Positions 1 through 10,930 are shown, numbered from the stretch's first letter. The stretch: 64,000 nt of DNA from an uncultured Nitrososphaeraceae archaeon (GCA_963837175.1 CAWIMJ010000046.1:73034-137033); one strand, 5' to 3'. Translations and numbers: made by a program. The notes: generated by a model not told the origin, from the sequence alone.

Positions 1-375
1 ATTCTAGTATTAAATCTGGCCTCAAATTCTGCTCCTAACAATCCACTAAAAGATGAACCAACTATGCTTATTTTATCAATATGCACATTTTCTAAAAAAC
101 TCTTCTAAGAATTCTATAAAAAAATCAATTGTATAGTCAGCTGTAGGTTTATTGCTATATCCAAAACCAATAATATCAGGTGCTACTACTCTGAAGTCGG
201 ATTCAGATAAAGTTGATGCCACATATGAATCTGTCAGCCGAGGCTCCTAATCCATGTAGGAAAACAAGAGTTTTTGCAGTCGTTTGATTGAGTAGATTGG
301 TTTTCATAATCATAGTCAAAGTATCTTATATTGCAGCCATTGACATCAGTAATCTAATAGAAATGTCTTGATCCA
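1..375 (-). pseudogene. Alpha/beta hydrolase, N-terminal part, frameshifted and cut by the window edge
   Basis: Manual translation gives ...VNGCNIRYFDY... and TAKTLVFLHGLGASADRF in different frames, then a nucleophile-elbow-like ISIVGSSFSG near position 50. Confidence 0.6.
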
Positions 376-468
376 ACAAACCGTCGCATCCTTTAAAGAC
401 GCTGATTTATCACTAATATAATAGTATTAAATCCATGCAAGGTTCTTTTTATTCATTGTTGTTGCAGT

Positions 469-2466
469 TCAGTCTTCATCATCCGCGATTTTACTTTTGT
501 GTCTATTGTTATGGCTGCTTAATGGTATGCTAAATGTAAATCTAGCTCCTCTTTTCATATTATAAGAATAGTTTTCACCTTTAATCTTTCCACCATGTGA
601 TTCTACAATGCTTTTTGATATAAATAATCCTAGTCCAGTGCCCCCTGTTGGGGATTCTGTAGCAAATTTTGAAAACAGCCTTGGTAGAATTTCGGGTGGT
701 ATTCCAGTACCAGTATCCTCGATGGCAATAACAGCTTCTTGTTGTTGGCTATCACTTTCTTGTTCTTTTATTTTCTTTTTCAAAGTAATAGATATTGTAC
801 CTTCTCTGGTAAATTTAATAGCATTATCTAAAAGATTGGAAATGACTTGGGTCAATCTGGATTTATCTGCCTCTAGAAAAATAGGAATATTGTCATCATC
901 ATTTGTCTTTTCAGATTTATGTATTAATAGTACATTAGCATTGCTAATTTGGTTTCTATAATCTTCTACAATGTCTGATATTAACTGATTCAAATTAAAT
1001 TGCTGTTTGTTTAGTTTTAGTGTTTGGCTCTCTATTCTTGTTACATCTAATATATCATTAGTAAGTCTTTGAAGTCTAACAGCATTTCTTTTTATTTTGT
1101 GAATTATTTCCTCTTTTTTTTCAGGATGTGTTTGTAATAGATGTGAAAACCCTAGAATAGCTTGAGTAGGTGTCTTCATCTCATGACTTGCTATATTGAT
1201 AAACTCTTTCTGCAGCTTATCGTGAACTTGCAGTTGTTCATTTGCTAGAGCAAGCTGTTGATTTGATAATGAAAGTTGCTTATTTGTCTCTTCCAATTGT
1301 TTTGTTCTTCTCTTTACCTCCTTATTGAGTATATTATTCCATTTTATAAGCAATATTATCAAAACTAGAACTGCAGCAGTAGTACCAGCAATTAATGAAA
1401 ACATCTTTAATCTTTCTATGAAGAGAACCTCATTGATATGTGAATAGATCATTGAAGTAGGTGTTATTATAAAGATAAAGTATGCATGTTCTCCGCCTAC
1501 AGATATAGGATATCCTGTATTCAATCTTTCGCCGCTTCCAAAATCATATATTGTAAAGCCTCCTAATAATTGGCCTGCAAAAACTTTGCGATAATAATCA
1601 TTTTGAACATCACTATAATTAAAGAATTCCTGAACCTCGTTATTAAAAAAACTCTTTCCTAAAAATTCTGTTCGAGGAGTAGCTATGTAGTTTGCATTGC
1701 TATCATAAGCTACCAAGAACTTTGAATTGACATCATAAACATTTGCATAACGTGCGAAGAAATCTATGGTCGGTATTTCAACTCCTACCATCCCAATATA
1801 TTGACCACTTTCTCTATTTATTATTGGAAAGGTCAATGCAATCTTGTAGACACTGTCAATTCCTTCGAAACCATTTGAAAATACACTCCTTAAAGTATTT
1901 CTTGTCTTTTGTACATAATCTCTAAATGAAATATCTATATTTACAAAGCTTCTTTGTCCTTTTGCTACTATGTTATATGTTATTATATCATCTTTATCAG
2001 CAATGAAAAGTCCATCAACTTTAGTAATAGCATTGATTTGATCAAATCTCCCACTCATTAACTTTTCAACTCTATCGCCATATAATTCACCTTGCTGCAA
2101 ATAAATGGAGTCTGATAATCCCTGAAGAAGAGACATAATCCAATGAAGATCAGAACTAATATGCTGCCCCATAGCTTTTGTAGATTCTATCTGACGATCT
2201 CTTTGCTCTACAATTAGGCTATTCTTAACATTTTCTTCTGTAATATTTTGTAGATAAAAGAACAAACTATATGACATAACGATTATTAAAATTGTAGAAA
2301 TGATACCTATTCCTTTTATATGTCGAGAAAACAGAGTATTGTCGATGCTTTCTTTTTTTTCCTTCTGCTGCAATATAAAAATTAATTGACTTACATATGT
2401 TAATCTTTTCTTTAAAGAAGTTAATAGGCAAATAATGTCAATTATTAAGTTTGCTACTATTTTCAA
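469..2466 (-). CDS. Membrane sensor histidine kinase (TM - extracellular Cache-like domain - TM - coiled coil - HisKA - HATPase_c)
   Basis: H-box EFINIASHEMKTP, N-box QVISNLLDNAIKF, G1 IEDTGTGIP, G2 GTGLGLFISK; two hydrophobic segments flank a ~280 aa loop with a Cache-like DISFRDY motif. True start is probably downstream of 2466. Confidence 0.92.
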   Translation of the reverse strand: MKIVANLIIDIICLLTSLKKRLTYVSQLIFILQQKEKKESIDNTLFSRHIKGIGIISTILIIVMSYSLFFYLQNITEENVKNSLIVEQRDRQIESTKAMGQHISSDLHWIMSLLQGLSDSIYLQQGELYGDRVEKLMSGRFDQINAITKVDGLFIADKDDIITYNIVAKGQRSFVNIDISFRDYVQKTRNTLRSVFSNGFEGIDSVYKIALTFPIINRESGQYIGMVGVEIPTIDFFARYANVYDVNSKFLVAYDSNANYIATPRTEFLGKSFFNNEVQEFFNYSDVQNDYYRKVFAGQLLGGFTIYDFGSGERLNTGYPISVGGEHAYFIFIITPTSMIYSHINEVLFIERLKMFSLIAGTTAAVLVLIILLIKWNNILNKEVKRRTKQLEETNKQLSLSNQQLALANEQLQVHDKLQKEFINIASHEMKTPTQAILGFSHLLQTHPEKKEEIIHKIKRNAVRLQRLTNDILDVTRIESQTLKLNKQQFNLNQLISDIVEDYRNQISNANVLLIHKSEKTNDDDNIPIFLEADKSRLTQVISNLLDNAIKFTREGTISITLKKKIKEQESDSQQQEAVIAIEDTGTGIPPEILPRLFSKFATESPTGGTGLGLFISKSIVESHGGKIKGENYSYNMKRGARFTFSIPLSSHNNRHKSKIADDED

Positions 2467-3533
2467 CCTGATATCTCTCAGACACTATGATCTTTTTATT
2501 GATTATATCTTGTGTTAATTGATTTAACCTCGCTTTTACATCTTTAGGTACTTTATTCTCTAAGCCATGGAATGGTGCTAGATAGACAATACCGTCTCCT
2601 ACAGCCCCTTTGCCTATTTCTAGTCCAGGTTTAAATATTTCTCCTGTAAAATTGCCGGCTTGAACCATTTTAACAGCTTGGTCATATGCCTTATCTACAT
2701 CCAAGACAAACGAGGTCAAAACAGTGTCTGGCGCTAGTTTGTTCTGATCTGAGACCGCGCCAAATGCGTATATTCCCTTTTCTTTAGCAGCCTCAATAAC
2801 ACCTTGACCAGATGTATCAGCTACATGTAACAAAAAGTCAGCACTAGCATTTATTTGTAATATTGCTGCCTTCCTTTCCTTTAGATGGATTATCAAAATC
2901 ATCTAAATATGTAACAAGCACTTTAACGTTGCGATTCACCAACTTTGCACCTTGCTTATAGCCTTCAAAAATGTTTATGAGGTTTGGATATGTGACGTCT
3001 CCACCAACATAACCAATCACATCTGTTTTTGACATCATCCCAGCAAGTGCTCCTAACAAAAAGGATCCTTCCTGCTCCAGTGGGAAAATGGAAGCAACAT
3101 TGGTTGACTTAGCAAGACCAGTAAAAACTACAAATTTTGTATTTGGATAGTCTTTTCCTACCTTTACAGCAGGGTCTCCCCATTCAAAACCATGAGCTAT
3201 AATCAAGTCATAACCTTCATGGGCATAATCTCTTAATGTAGCCTCTATATTTGTAATTGCAACATTATCTGTAAAGTCAACTTCGTGACCATATTTAGTT
3301 TTTATTGCTTGTGCTGCATTGTATGCAAATGCGCCCCATCCTGCATCACTAAATAAAGCATCAGTTAATAATGCTATTTTTAGGTGCTTATTGTACACCA
3401 CCATAATCTGATCTGATGATGCTTTTTCTGTAACAGCAGCAACAGTAAGTTGGAAAGGTTGACCAGGTATTACTACTGCTATTATTACTATACCTATTGC
3501 TATCATGGCTAAATGCTTTCCTTTTACACCCAT
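2438..3533 (-). CDS. BMP/PnrA/Med-family substrate-binding protein (split by one indel at ~2865)
   Basis: N-terminal signal/anchor; motifs FSDAGWGAFAY, GYDLIIAHGFEW, EQEGSFLLGALAG, DDFDNPSKGKE, GQGVIEAAKEKG, SDQNKLAPDTVLTS run across ORFs 2844..3533 and 2438..2902. Confidence 0.88.
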
Positions 3534-4658
3534 AGCAGCAAATATTCAAAAATCGGTATAATATGTTTATCAGAATACATATAGGCTGATGCTGCTGCAA
3601 TTTTACCTTGAATATAAAGGTCTGGTACTGTTGAGCATAATCTGCAAAGTCAGACTTAATAGAAGTCTCTATTCTTTCTTACCTTGTTAGTATTGACAGC
3701 TTTTTTATTACTATCTAATTATACTTAGTACTACCTTAAAGCTGCTACCAATTGTTACCAATTTTGTTGCCCTATTACCTCCTTTTTCCAGCTGTTACCA
3801 GTGCAGGTATTTTAAATTTTGAGTATCTAAGATTGTTATCTATGTACTAATATTGATGGTGAATTTCTTTGAAACTAGCTCTCGACATAATATACAATAT
3901 CCGTTTTTTTCCACAAATTGTTTTGTACTTGTAAATTTCATTATAAAATAACGACACTGATATGATGCATAGATATTTTATTTTAAAGTTAATCATACTG
4001 AACTCTCCAAAGATGTTGTTGCATGAACCATATGTCTGCTCTCTGGGTACACTTCTTACATACCTGGATATCAGAATATCATAATTTGAAAGGACATTGT
4101 TAGTAGCATGAATTCGATTTTTGTTAGATAATCGATTATTGTAACAGTGAGGTTCTTTTTGCTCAACTTAAATGAGAAGATTTGTTTAAAAAATCGTTCT
4201 GCCTCACTAAACCATTTGGCCACAATACCGTTCACTCTAAGAAGAGTTCTGTCCAAATTCAAGAATTAATGATTTATACATTTGAACTTAGGATTGCCAT
4301 CAGGAGATTTGGTTGTTTATGGGAAACTCGTAAGAGAACAATTCTATACAAGGCTTACTACACAGCAATACATCTTATACTCCTTCAGTACATAGAAAAT
4401 AATTAAGATTGATAGCCGATGTTTGAATCCCTGATTTTCTATATATTTCTACTCCAGACATAGAATCATCTATTCATTATTACACAAAAGTGCTAAAAGG
4501 TGAATTACACTGGAAAATTCATGCTTATGGAGTTTGAGTAGCATGCATTAAATTGTCAGAAAAAGATCCTTTAGTAAATCTATATCAGGATATTTATCTA
4601 GTCTCAATCTTAATCTAGCTAGCTGTCCTGATGGAGAGTGTTCAATTAAATTAGTATA

Positions 4659-5783
4659 TTACTTAACAAATGGATCAAAAGATGACATAATCAAATTTGC
4701 AATTTCTGGTCTCATCAAGTGTTCTGCTGGAATCTCACCAGAGATAACCATTTTTCTCATCTTTGTACCACTTAGTTCTTCTCTCAATTCCGGTGTATGC
4801 GGACAGTTTCTTTCATTTGCATAGCTCAAACATTTCTTGCAATAGTAAAACGTTGGAAAGAAAAGCGGTGCAATTCCGAGATCCTGATAATCTTCAAAGA
4901 TCTCTTGGGCTGCAAAAGGGTGATAATAGTTTCCAACACCTGCATGATCTCTTCCAACTATAAAGTGTGAACATCCGAAATTCTTTCTCATAATTGCATG
5001 ATGAATTGCCTCTTTCGGTCCAGCATATCTCATTTCTGTATGAAGAGTTACAAACATAGATCTATTCTTGGGATAATAATTTTCTATCAATTTCTCATAT
5101 GCTCCGAGAATTACTTCATCCTTAAAATCGCCAGATTTTTTTTTGCCTATTAATGGATTTATAAATAATCCATCATAAATATTCAAGGCTGCCTTCTGCA
5201 ACATTTCGTGAGCAATATGTGGAATATTTCTTGTCTGAAATCCTACTACAGTTTTCCAACCTCTCTTCTGAATTTCGGACCTAGTTTCAAAGGGGCTCAT
5301 TCTATATTTTCTCAAAGGTGATTTTTGTATTCTCTTAATAACATCAATCTTGCCTTCTATAAATAGATCTTTCATTCTTATCATATTTGAAACTCCAGGA
5401 TGTTGTAGGTCATCTGTCTGATAAATTGCTTTTGCTGCAGCAAGTTTATCAAATGAATAAACATTCTCAACATGAAGAATTCCAAAATTTTCATTACTAC
5501 TCAAACAAACTTCCCTGGCATCTTTCATCTTTATTGCTGTTTGCTCGTCTACATCCAAGATTATAGGAATAGTCCATGCTAAACCATTCTTCAAATGACC
5601 ACATTTTATAATGCTCTGGAAGTCATCCTCACCTACAAATCCCTCCAGGGGGCTGAAGACCCCATCAGCAATATTTTCAATGTCATTTTGAAGATTATAA
5701 TTGACATTAATTGAAAACATTCCGTCAATATTTTTTTTAGTAGTAAATCTGTTTATCAATCTGCCTCCATGAGGAGGTGGCAT
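4659..5783 (-). CDS. sat: Sulfate adenylyltransferase (ATP sulfurylase)
   Basis: MPPPHGGRLIN start, GVFSPLEGF, FQTRNIPHIAHE, MRYAGPKEA, HFIVGRDHAGVG, Zn-site CKKC..CPH, LSGTKMR. Confidence 0.96.
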   Translation of the reverse strand: MPPPHGGRLINRFTTKKNIDGMFSINVNYNLQNDIENIADGVFSPLEGFVGEDDFQSIIKCGHLKNGLAWTIPIILDVDEQTAIKMKDAREVCLSSNENFGILHVENVYSFDKLAAAKAIYQTDDLQHPGVSNMIRMKDLFIEGKIDVIKRIQKSPLRKYRMSPFETRSEIQKRGWKTVVGFQTRNIPHIAHEMLQKAALNIYDGLFINPLIGKKKSGDFKDEVILGAYEKLIENYYPKNRSMFVTLHTEMRYAGPKEAIHHAIMRKNFGCSHFIVGRDHAGVGNYYHPFAAQEIFEDYQDLGIAPLFFPTFYYCKKCLSYANERNCPHTPELREELSGTKMRKMVISGEIPAEHLMRPEIANLIMSSFDPFVK

Positions 5784-5826
5784 ACTAGTGCTACATGCAT
5801 ATCCCAATAATAATTCCCTACTTGTG

Positions 5827-6579
5827 TTATTTTTTAGTGGGATCCCAATGCAGACCGCATTCTTTTTGTGTCGCATTTTCCCACCACCATCTACCTGCTC
5901 GTGGATCTTCCCCAGCATGAATAGCTCTTGTACATGGTTCACAACCTATGCTTGGATAACCACTATCATGTAACTTATTATATGGAACATTATTTTTATG
6001 AATATAATCCCAGATCATTCCATTAGTCCAGTCTGCTAACGGATTAATCTTAGCAATACTGCCATGTGAAGAATCAATTTCAAGTTTATTGATATTAGTC
6101 CTAGTTATTGCCTGCTCCCTTCTCAGGCCAGTAATCCACCCATCCAGATTACTTAACGCTCTATTAAGTGGATGTACTTTTCTAATTTCGCAGCAAAGCT
6201 TTCGATTTTCAACACTTTCATACATCAAATTCATACCTTTTATTTTGACCATTTCTTCGATTTCTCTTTGTTCAGGAAAATATACTTCAATTTGTATATC
6301 ATATTTTTTTCGTATCGCATCCATTACATCATAGGTTTCCTGGTTGAGTCTACCAGTATCCAATGTGAAAATTCTGGTTTTTTCTTTGTTGATTTTTACC
6401 ATCATATGTATAATAATTACATCTTCAGCACCAAAACTTGATGCCAAAGCTATCTTCGGTGCATAAGCATTAATAGCCCATTCCAGGACTTCCATTGCAG
6501 ATTTGTCCTCCATTTCTTTTGCAATTTTTTTGATCTGCAATTCAGTTGGTTTTAATATATCAACATTTGTTTCAGACAT
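5827..6579 (-). CDS. cysH: APS/PAPS reductase (Fe-S type)
   Basis: ASSFGAED, LDTGRL, CCEIRKVHPL, WITGLRREQ, GYPSIGCEPCT, RAGRWWWE, terminal KECGLH; the CC...CxxC pattern is typical of the [4Fe-4S] APS-reductase class. Confidence 0.95.
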   Translation of the reverse strand: MSETNVDILKPTELQIKKIAKEMEDKSAMEVLEWAINAYAPKIALASSFGAEDVIIIHMMVKINKEKTRIFTLDTGRLNQETYDVMDAIRKKYDIQIEVYFPEQREIEEMVKIKGMNLMYESVENRKLCCEIRKVHPLNRALSNLDGWITGLRREQAITRTNINKLEIDSSHGSIAKINPLADWTNGMIWDYIHKNNVPYNKLHDSGYPSIGCEPCTRAIHAGEDPRAGRWWWENATQKECGLHWDPTKK

Positions 6580-6669
6580 ATTTAATATTCAGAATAATAG
6601 AGTTATATTCATTGTCATTATATAGATATGATTTCCATATTTAGATAGTCACTGATTTTAATTGGAGAC

Positions 6670-6976
6670 GAGAGTCCAAAGTTTCAATAGATGATGGCAT
6701 ACTATTGGTATAATTCCCAAATCTACAACTTTTTGAGATTAAAGCATAATCATATCATCTCCTTCCTTCATTCCTCACATAAAGAAAAGGAAAGTATCTT
6801 AGAGAAAGAACAAGCCGATACTTTATATAGATAGAACTGAATGTTTACTGATAATGATTACTTTTCATGTATAACAAAAATAAATGTAAATTAAAGCAGT
6901 TATTATCAACTATTTGGTAATCTATTTCATTGAATATAATAATAGATAAGAGTGATTTGTTAAGTTAACACAGGCC
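6670..6976 (+). mobile_element. Degenerate IS6-family (DDE) transposase C-terminal relic with putative right terminal inverted repeat
   Basis: Broken-frame fragments DDG..WY, FLRLKH, HSS..KS..ERT, DRTECF..DYF.C..KCKLK resemble thaumarchaeal IS6 transposases; it ends in aagttaacacaggcc (6962-6976), nearly identical to the end of the relic at 15429. Confidence 0.65.
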
Positions 6977-7080
6977 TGAAATTTATTATATTATAGATAA
7001 AAGTTGTGTTTATTAAATAGTACTTTTCTATATATAATATTAATTAAACGAGGATTTGTGATTGTTAGGGGAGGTTATGA

Positions 7081-8490
7081 TTGTCCGGGGATTTTTGGGA
7101 ACTTATAGAGGAATACAGACAGCTAGGTTTTGATCCCCTACGATGGATTCCAACTTGCTCAAATGAGATAGACACTTATCTCTTCCAATCTTCATTGAAA
7201 AATATCAAGAGAAGCAACATAAAGATAAAACCCAATTGGTTTGATTCTTTCCATTATACAGAAGGCAAGGGTATTGAACTTACTAGAAGAGTATATAGTT
7301 TTGATAACCCAAAAATCGAAAAAGAAGTAGAAATCAAACGGGCACTTTCTATATTTCGCATTCATCTGAATACTGGTGAAAATTCAACATTATTGTCAAA
7401 AGCAATTCAGAGATTTATGAAAAATTTCTATTCGAAAGTATTAGTAAAGAAAGTAACTACTTCTTTAACAGCATATCCTGACGCTCAATTTGCGCTTCTG
7501 GACTACATAGAATTACACAGAGGTGACAAGGTAGGATACACATCTGCTAATAATTCTGTTACAAATATAACTGATCCAACTCATAGTCCAGATTCTGAGA
7601 TACATAGTAACATCTCGTTGACAGCCGCAATGGAATATCTAAATCTTCTAGGATGTACTTCAGGCTTTAAAGTATTTCCTGTATATGATGCTCCAAATGA
7701 AAATATTTTGGATAAGATTAGAGAAAACCTTGATCGATTTACTTCTCGTTATAACTTAGCAATGGAAGACTATAGTTCGCTTAAAGTAGGCAAGTTATTC
7801 TTCGGTGCGACTGCAATTGCAAATACGCTTAAGGAATTACCTACACGATATAACCAATCGGAAGAAGGAATGCAAATCGTTCTTTCGAATAAATTGGGTT
7901 CAATGACAGCTGTAAGTCTTTACATGTTGACTAAAATGGATCATAACAACATAACTAAATTTGAGCAAAATGGTATTGGATTAGACGCACTTTCTGCTGC
8001 AAAAGATGAGGCAATGAAACGTCTAACTGAACCTCATTTCGCTCTTGGTAAAATAATTTCAACATACTGTCCAGATTTTGAAACAGAGTTTGATAAACAT
8101 GTCCACATAACTGCTGTTCATCCTGTTACAACAGATGGCATATTTGCGGTGGGAAAACTTGCAGAATTGACAAATTCCCATATTGTAATTAACAAACTTC
8201 CAATGAAGTATGAAGAGGTTGCAAAGTTTGCAACAAGAGAATTTTTGATTGAGAATGCAACTGTATCTACAAACGGATGTCACCTGATCGTCGCAACAAA
8301 GGATGTAACAAATTACATCCTGGAAGAGTTACGGAAATATAATTTTGAACCAACAGTGATTGGATTTATATCAAAGAAAGGAGAAGCGAGTGTGGCAATT
8401 GGAAATGAGATCAGCGAATATGTGGCTTCCAAAGCTAAACTTGCTAGATTAAATTGTCTAGCTCAAGCAGAAAGTCAACAGCATGAATAA
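7081..8490 (+). CDS. SelD-like (selenophosphate synthetase/PurM-fold) protein of the archaeal putative sulfur-metabolism family
   Basis: YRQLGFDPLRWIPTCS, GYTSANN..TDPT, PVYDAPNE, GKLFFGATAIA, ATVSTNGCHLIVA; length and motif layout recall the crenarchaeal SelD-like family (recognised from memory, no search run). Confidence 0.7.
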   Translation: MSGDFWELIEEYRQLGFDPLRWIPTCSNEIDTYLFQSSLKNIKRSNIKIKPNWFDSFHYTEGKGIELTRRVYSFDNPKIEKEVEIKRALSIFRIHLNTGENSTLLSKAIQRFMKNFYSKVLVKKVTTSLTAYPDAQFALLDYIELHRGDKVGYTSANNSVTNITDPTHSPDSEIHSNISLTAAMEYLNLLGCTSGFKVFPVYDAPNENILDKIRENLDRFTSRYNLAMEDYSSLKVGKLFFGATAIANTLKELPTRYNQSEEGMQIVLSNKLGSMTAVSLYMLTKMDHNNITKFEQNGIGLDALSAAKDEAMKRLTEPHFALGKIISTYCPDFETEFDKHVHITAVHPVTTDGIFAVGKLAELTNSHIVINKLPMKYEEVAKFATREFLIENATVSTNGCHLIVATKDVTNYILEELRKYNFEPTVIGFISKKGEASVAIGNEISEYVASKAKLARLNCLAQAESQQHE

Positions 8491-8865
8491 CAAAATCCTT
8501 CAACCATTCTGTGCTGTTATTTCTTCAATAGTGATGAGTTGATATCTTTCCAATAATAATTGTCACTTATTTTTCCTATTTTTTTATAATACTAACTTCA
8601 GTCGCTGTTTATTTTAGTCCATACTTTGAGATTGCATTTGGATGTAATATTTTGTCATACTTGAATGGCATCTCTTATAATAAATAATTTATTGTATATT
8701 ATGATCACATATTGAAATTCAAATTATTCACAGGAATAAATGCAGTAAAATAAACCAATAGTCAAATACTCGTTTGTGAGAAATTTTTCATCTATCCTAT
8801 AATATGATGATCCAAACTATAATACTCTAAATTACAATAATATAATTTAAGAGGACATTTGAAAA

Positions 8866-8896
8866 CTTGAAATTAGAACACAATTCTAATTTCAAG
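8866..8896. promoter_or_regulatory. Perfect 13-bp inverted repeat with 5-bp spacer (operator or hairpin candidate)
   Basis: CTTGAAATTAGAA-cacaa-TTCTAATTTCAAG in the intergenic region upstream of the ABC-2 permease. Confidence 0.4.
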
Positions 8897-9259
8897 ATAA
8901 TACTACAAAGGATTTTGGTAACAGTCGAGGAGAATAATTCATCAGCATTCGTAGAAATATAAAATAACCAGACAACTTAAGTATATAAGTTAAGTTTTAT
9001 TGAAAGAATCAAAAGGTTCAATAGTAAAAGTCGGAGACAGAAAATAATATTTATCGAGGCTTTAACTTATCTTAGAATACGCAGCAAAATATCAAAAGAG
9101 AAACGATGGTTTTCATAAACGGATTATCAGTACGTTCCCAAAAAATTAACTTACGTTTTACTCTATCGAATATAAGCATGTAAATCCAATTTGCCTTGTA
9201 TCACTACAAAGGTAGGCTTTTTATAATATATACATCATCTAAGAAGAATTACTAAGTCA

Positions 9260-10039
9260 TTGCCATCATCATCACCGACATCGCAATTTTCCAAACGACA
9301 AGTATTACTAGCCATAAGACAGATATTTTTGATAGCCTATATGACTGGAATTTTGTGGCTTCGCAGAAATCCTATTTCTATGGTTTTTTCTGCAATGAGT
9401 CCGTTTTCGCTATTGTTTGTTTTGTTCATAGTGAGCAATGGCGAATACATCGAATTTGCAGTTGCAGGTAGTCTTGTGATGGCATTAGTCGGTTATGGAC
9501 TCGCATTGGGACAGGATATTTCATACTACAAGACCGAGTATAAGATTCAGGATGTCTTCGTCGCTTCACCGGTTTCTCCCCTTGTTTACATGACAGGCTT
9601 GGCATTATCTCAGCTTCTGTTTGGCTTGCCGGCATTGACTGTTCTTACAATCCTTGCAGCGTACTTTGGAACTTCAATTATATATGTCCCTCTATTGATA
9701 TCAACAATATTATTAATCTGGGGAACCATGTCGGCAATTGGATTTTTCTTATCATCACATATGCTACATATGCGAAATGCAACACAAGTTATTTCGTTTG
9801 TTAATGTATTCCTTGCAGTATTACCTCCTGTCTTTTACTCAATAGAACGTTTACCTCTAGAATTACAATATGTTGCTTATCTTGTACCGACCACCCATGC
9901 CTCGTTAATGTTGCAATATACTATGGGATTTCCTACACCAAAAGAATGGTCCGTTGCTCTTGGTTTTGGAGTACAGTTTGCATATCTAATAGGATTTATG
10001 GTGCTGGCAAAGACAAAAGCTCTTTGGCGAGAGGCATAA
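9260..10039 (+). CDS. ABC-2 type exporter permease
   Basis: Six hydrophobic segments, VASPVSPLVY EAA-like region, PPVFYSIERLP..LQYVAYLVPTTHA motif. Confidence 0.88.
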   Translation: MPSSSPTSQFSKRQVLLAIRQIFLIAYMTGILWLRRNPISMVFSAMSPFSLLFVLFIVSNGEYIEFAVAGSLVMALVGYGLALGQDISYYKTEYKIQDVFVASPVSPLVYMTGLALSQLLFGLPALTVLTILAAYFGTSIIYVPLLISTILLIWGTMSAIGFFLSSHMLHMRNATQVISFVNVFLAVLPPVFYSIERLPLELQYVAYLVPTTHASLMLQYTMGFPTPKEWSVALGFGVQFAYLIGFMVLAKTKALWREA

Positions 10040-10930
10040 TATAATAATTTACTAAGATATAGCGGATAAGGTTTATTTAAAATGCTGAAGATCAGTTTAG
10101 ATATTATAAGAAGTGTTAGTGTAGTTTCATAGTAGTCACTTACAAAATTAGTCAAAGAATGTATGTATGTGCTTCAAAAAGTATCTTCTCAATTACGAAC
10201 ATCAAAGTCTAAAAAAGATGTTTAATATAGCATCTTTATTGTTGCTGCTGACTATTTTTATTTTCTCTAATAGCTACTAGTATGTGTCAAATTAAATGTT
10301 CAATTGATAGATTCAGATGAGTTGATTAAACTACAACACACATATTGTAAATGTAACTGAGATTAAAAAGATGAGAATTTATAAAGTAAAAAGACGTGAG
10401 AAGATAATCATTACAAAATATACTCTTTTGAAGGTATTCAATTGTACTTGAAAAGGAAAATATTAATTACTCGCTAATAGAGAAACTGAGATGATATTAT
10501 CGAGATTAAGTTTTATTAAATCTATTATAATAAATTACATCATTTAATTGGTAGTTTGTAGTTAGGAAGAATATTATATTCTGATGTAATACCATCTTTC
10601 GCAGGCTATCGATATATTGTTTATGTTACATAAATATATCTTATTAAGGATGGTTGGACGCTATCAACCAGGCAAGAAATTAGATGCCAAACATGATGTA
10701 AAATATTTGTCATCTAGATATCGAATCATATAGTTAGTAACGTTTTTATAATAAATTGTTACAATTAAGTGTAGACTTAAATTACTAGAAATAATCTTAT
10801 TAGAAAGAAACTCATTCTATCTTTATATGATAAAGAATTCTTTATACGGTCCAGAAGACTCTCCTTGATGTAGAATATTCCAATACAAAAAGTAAGGCTT
10901 ATACATAATTATAAAATAAAAATATCATAA

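Noticed and set aside
4071-4406. Short ORFs between the BMP gene and sat
   Set aside because: They overlap on opposite strands with no convincing motif; at most decayed fragments.
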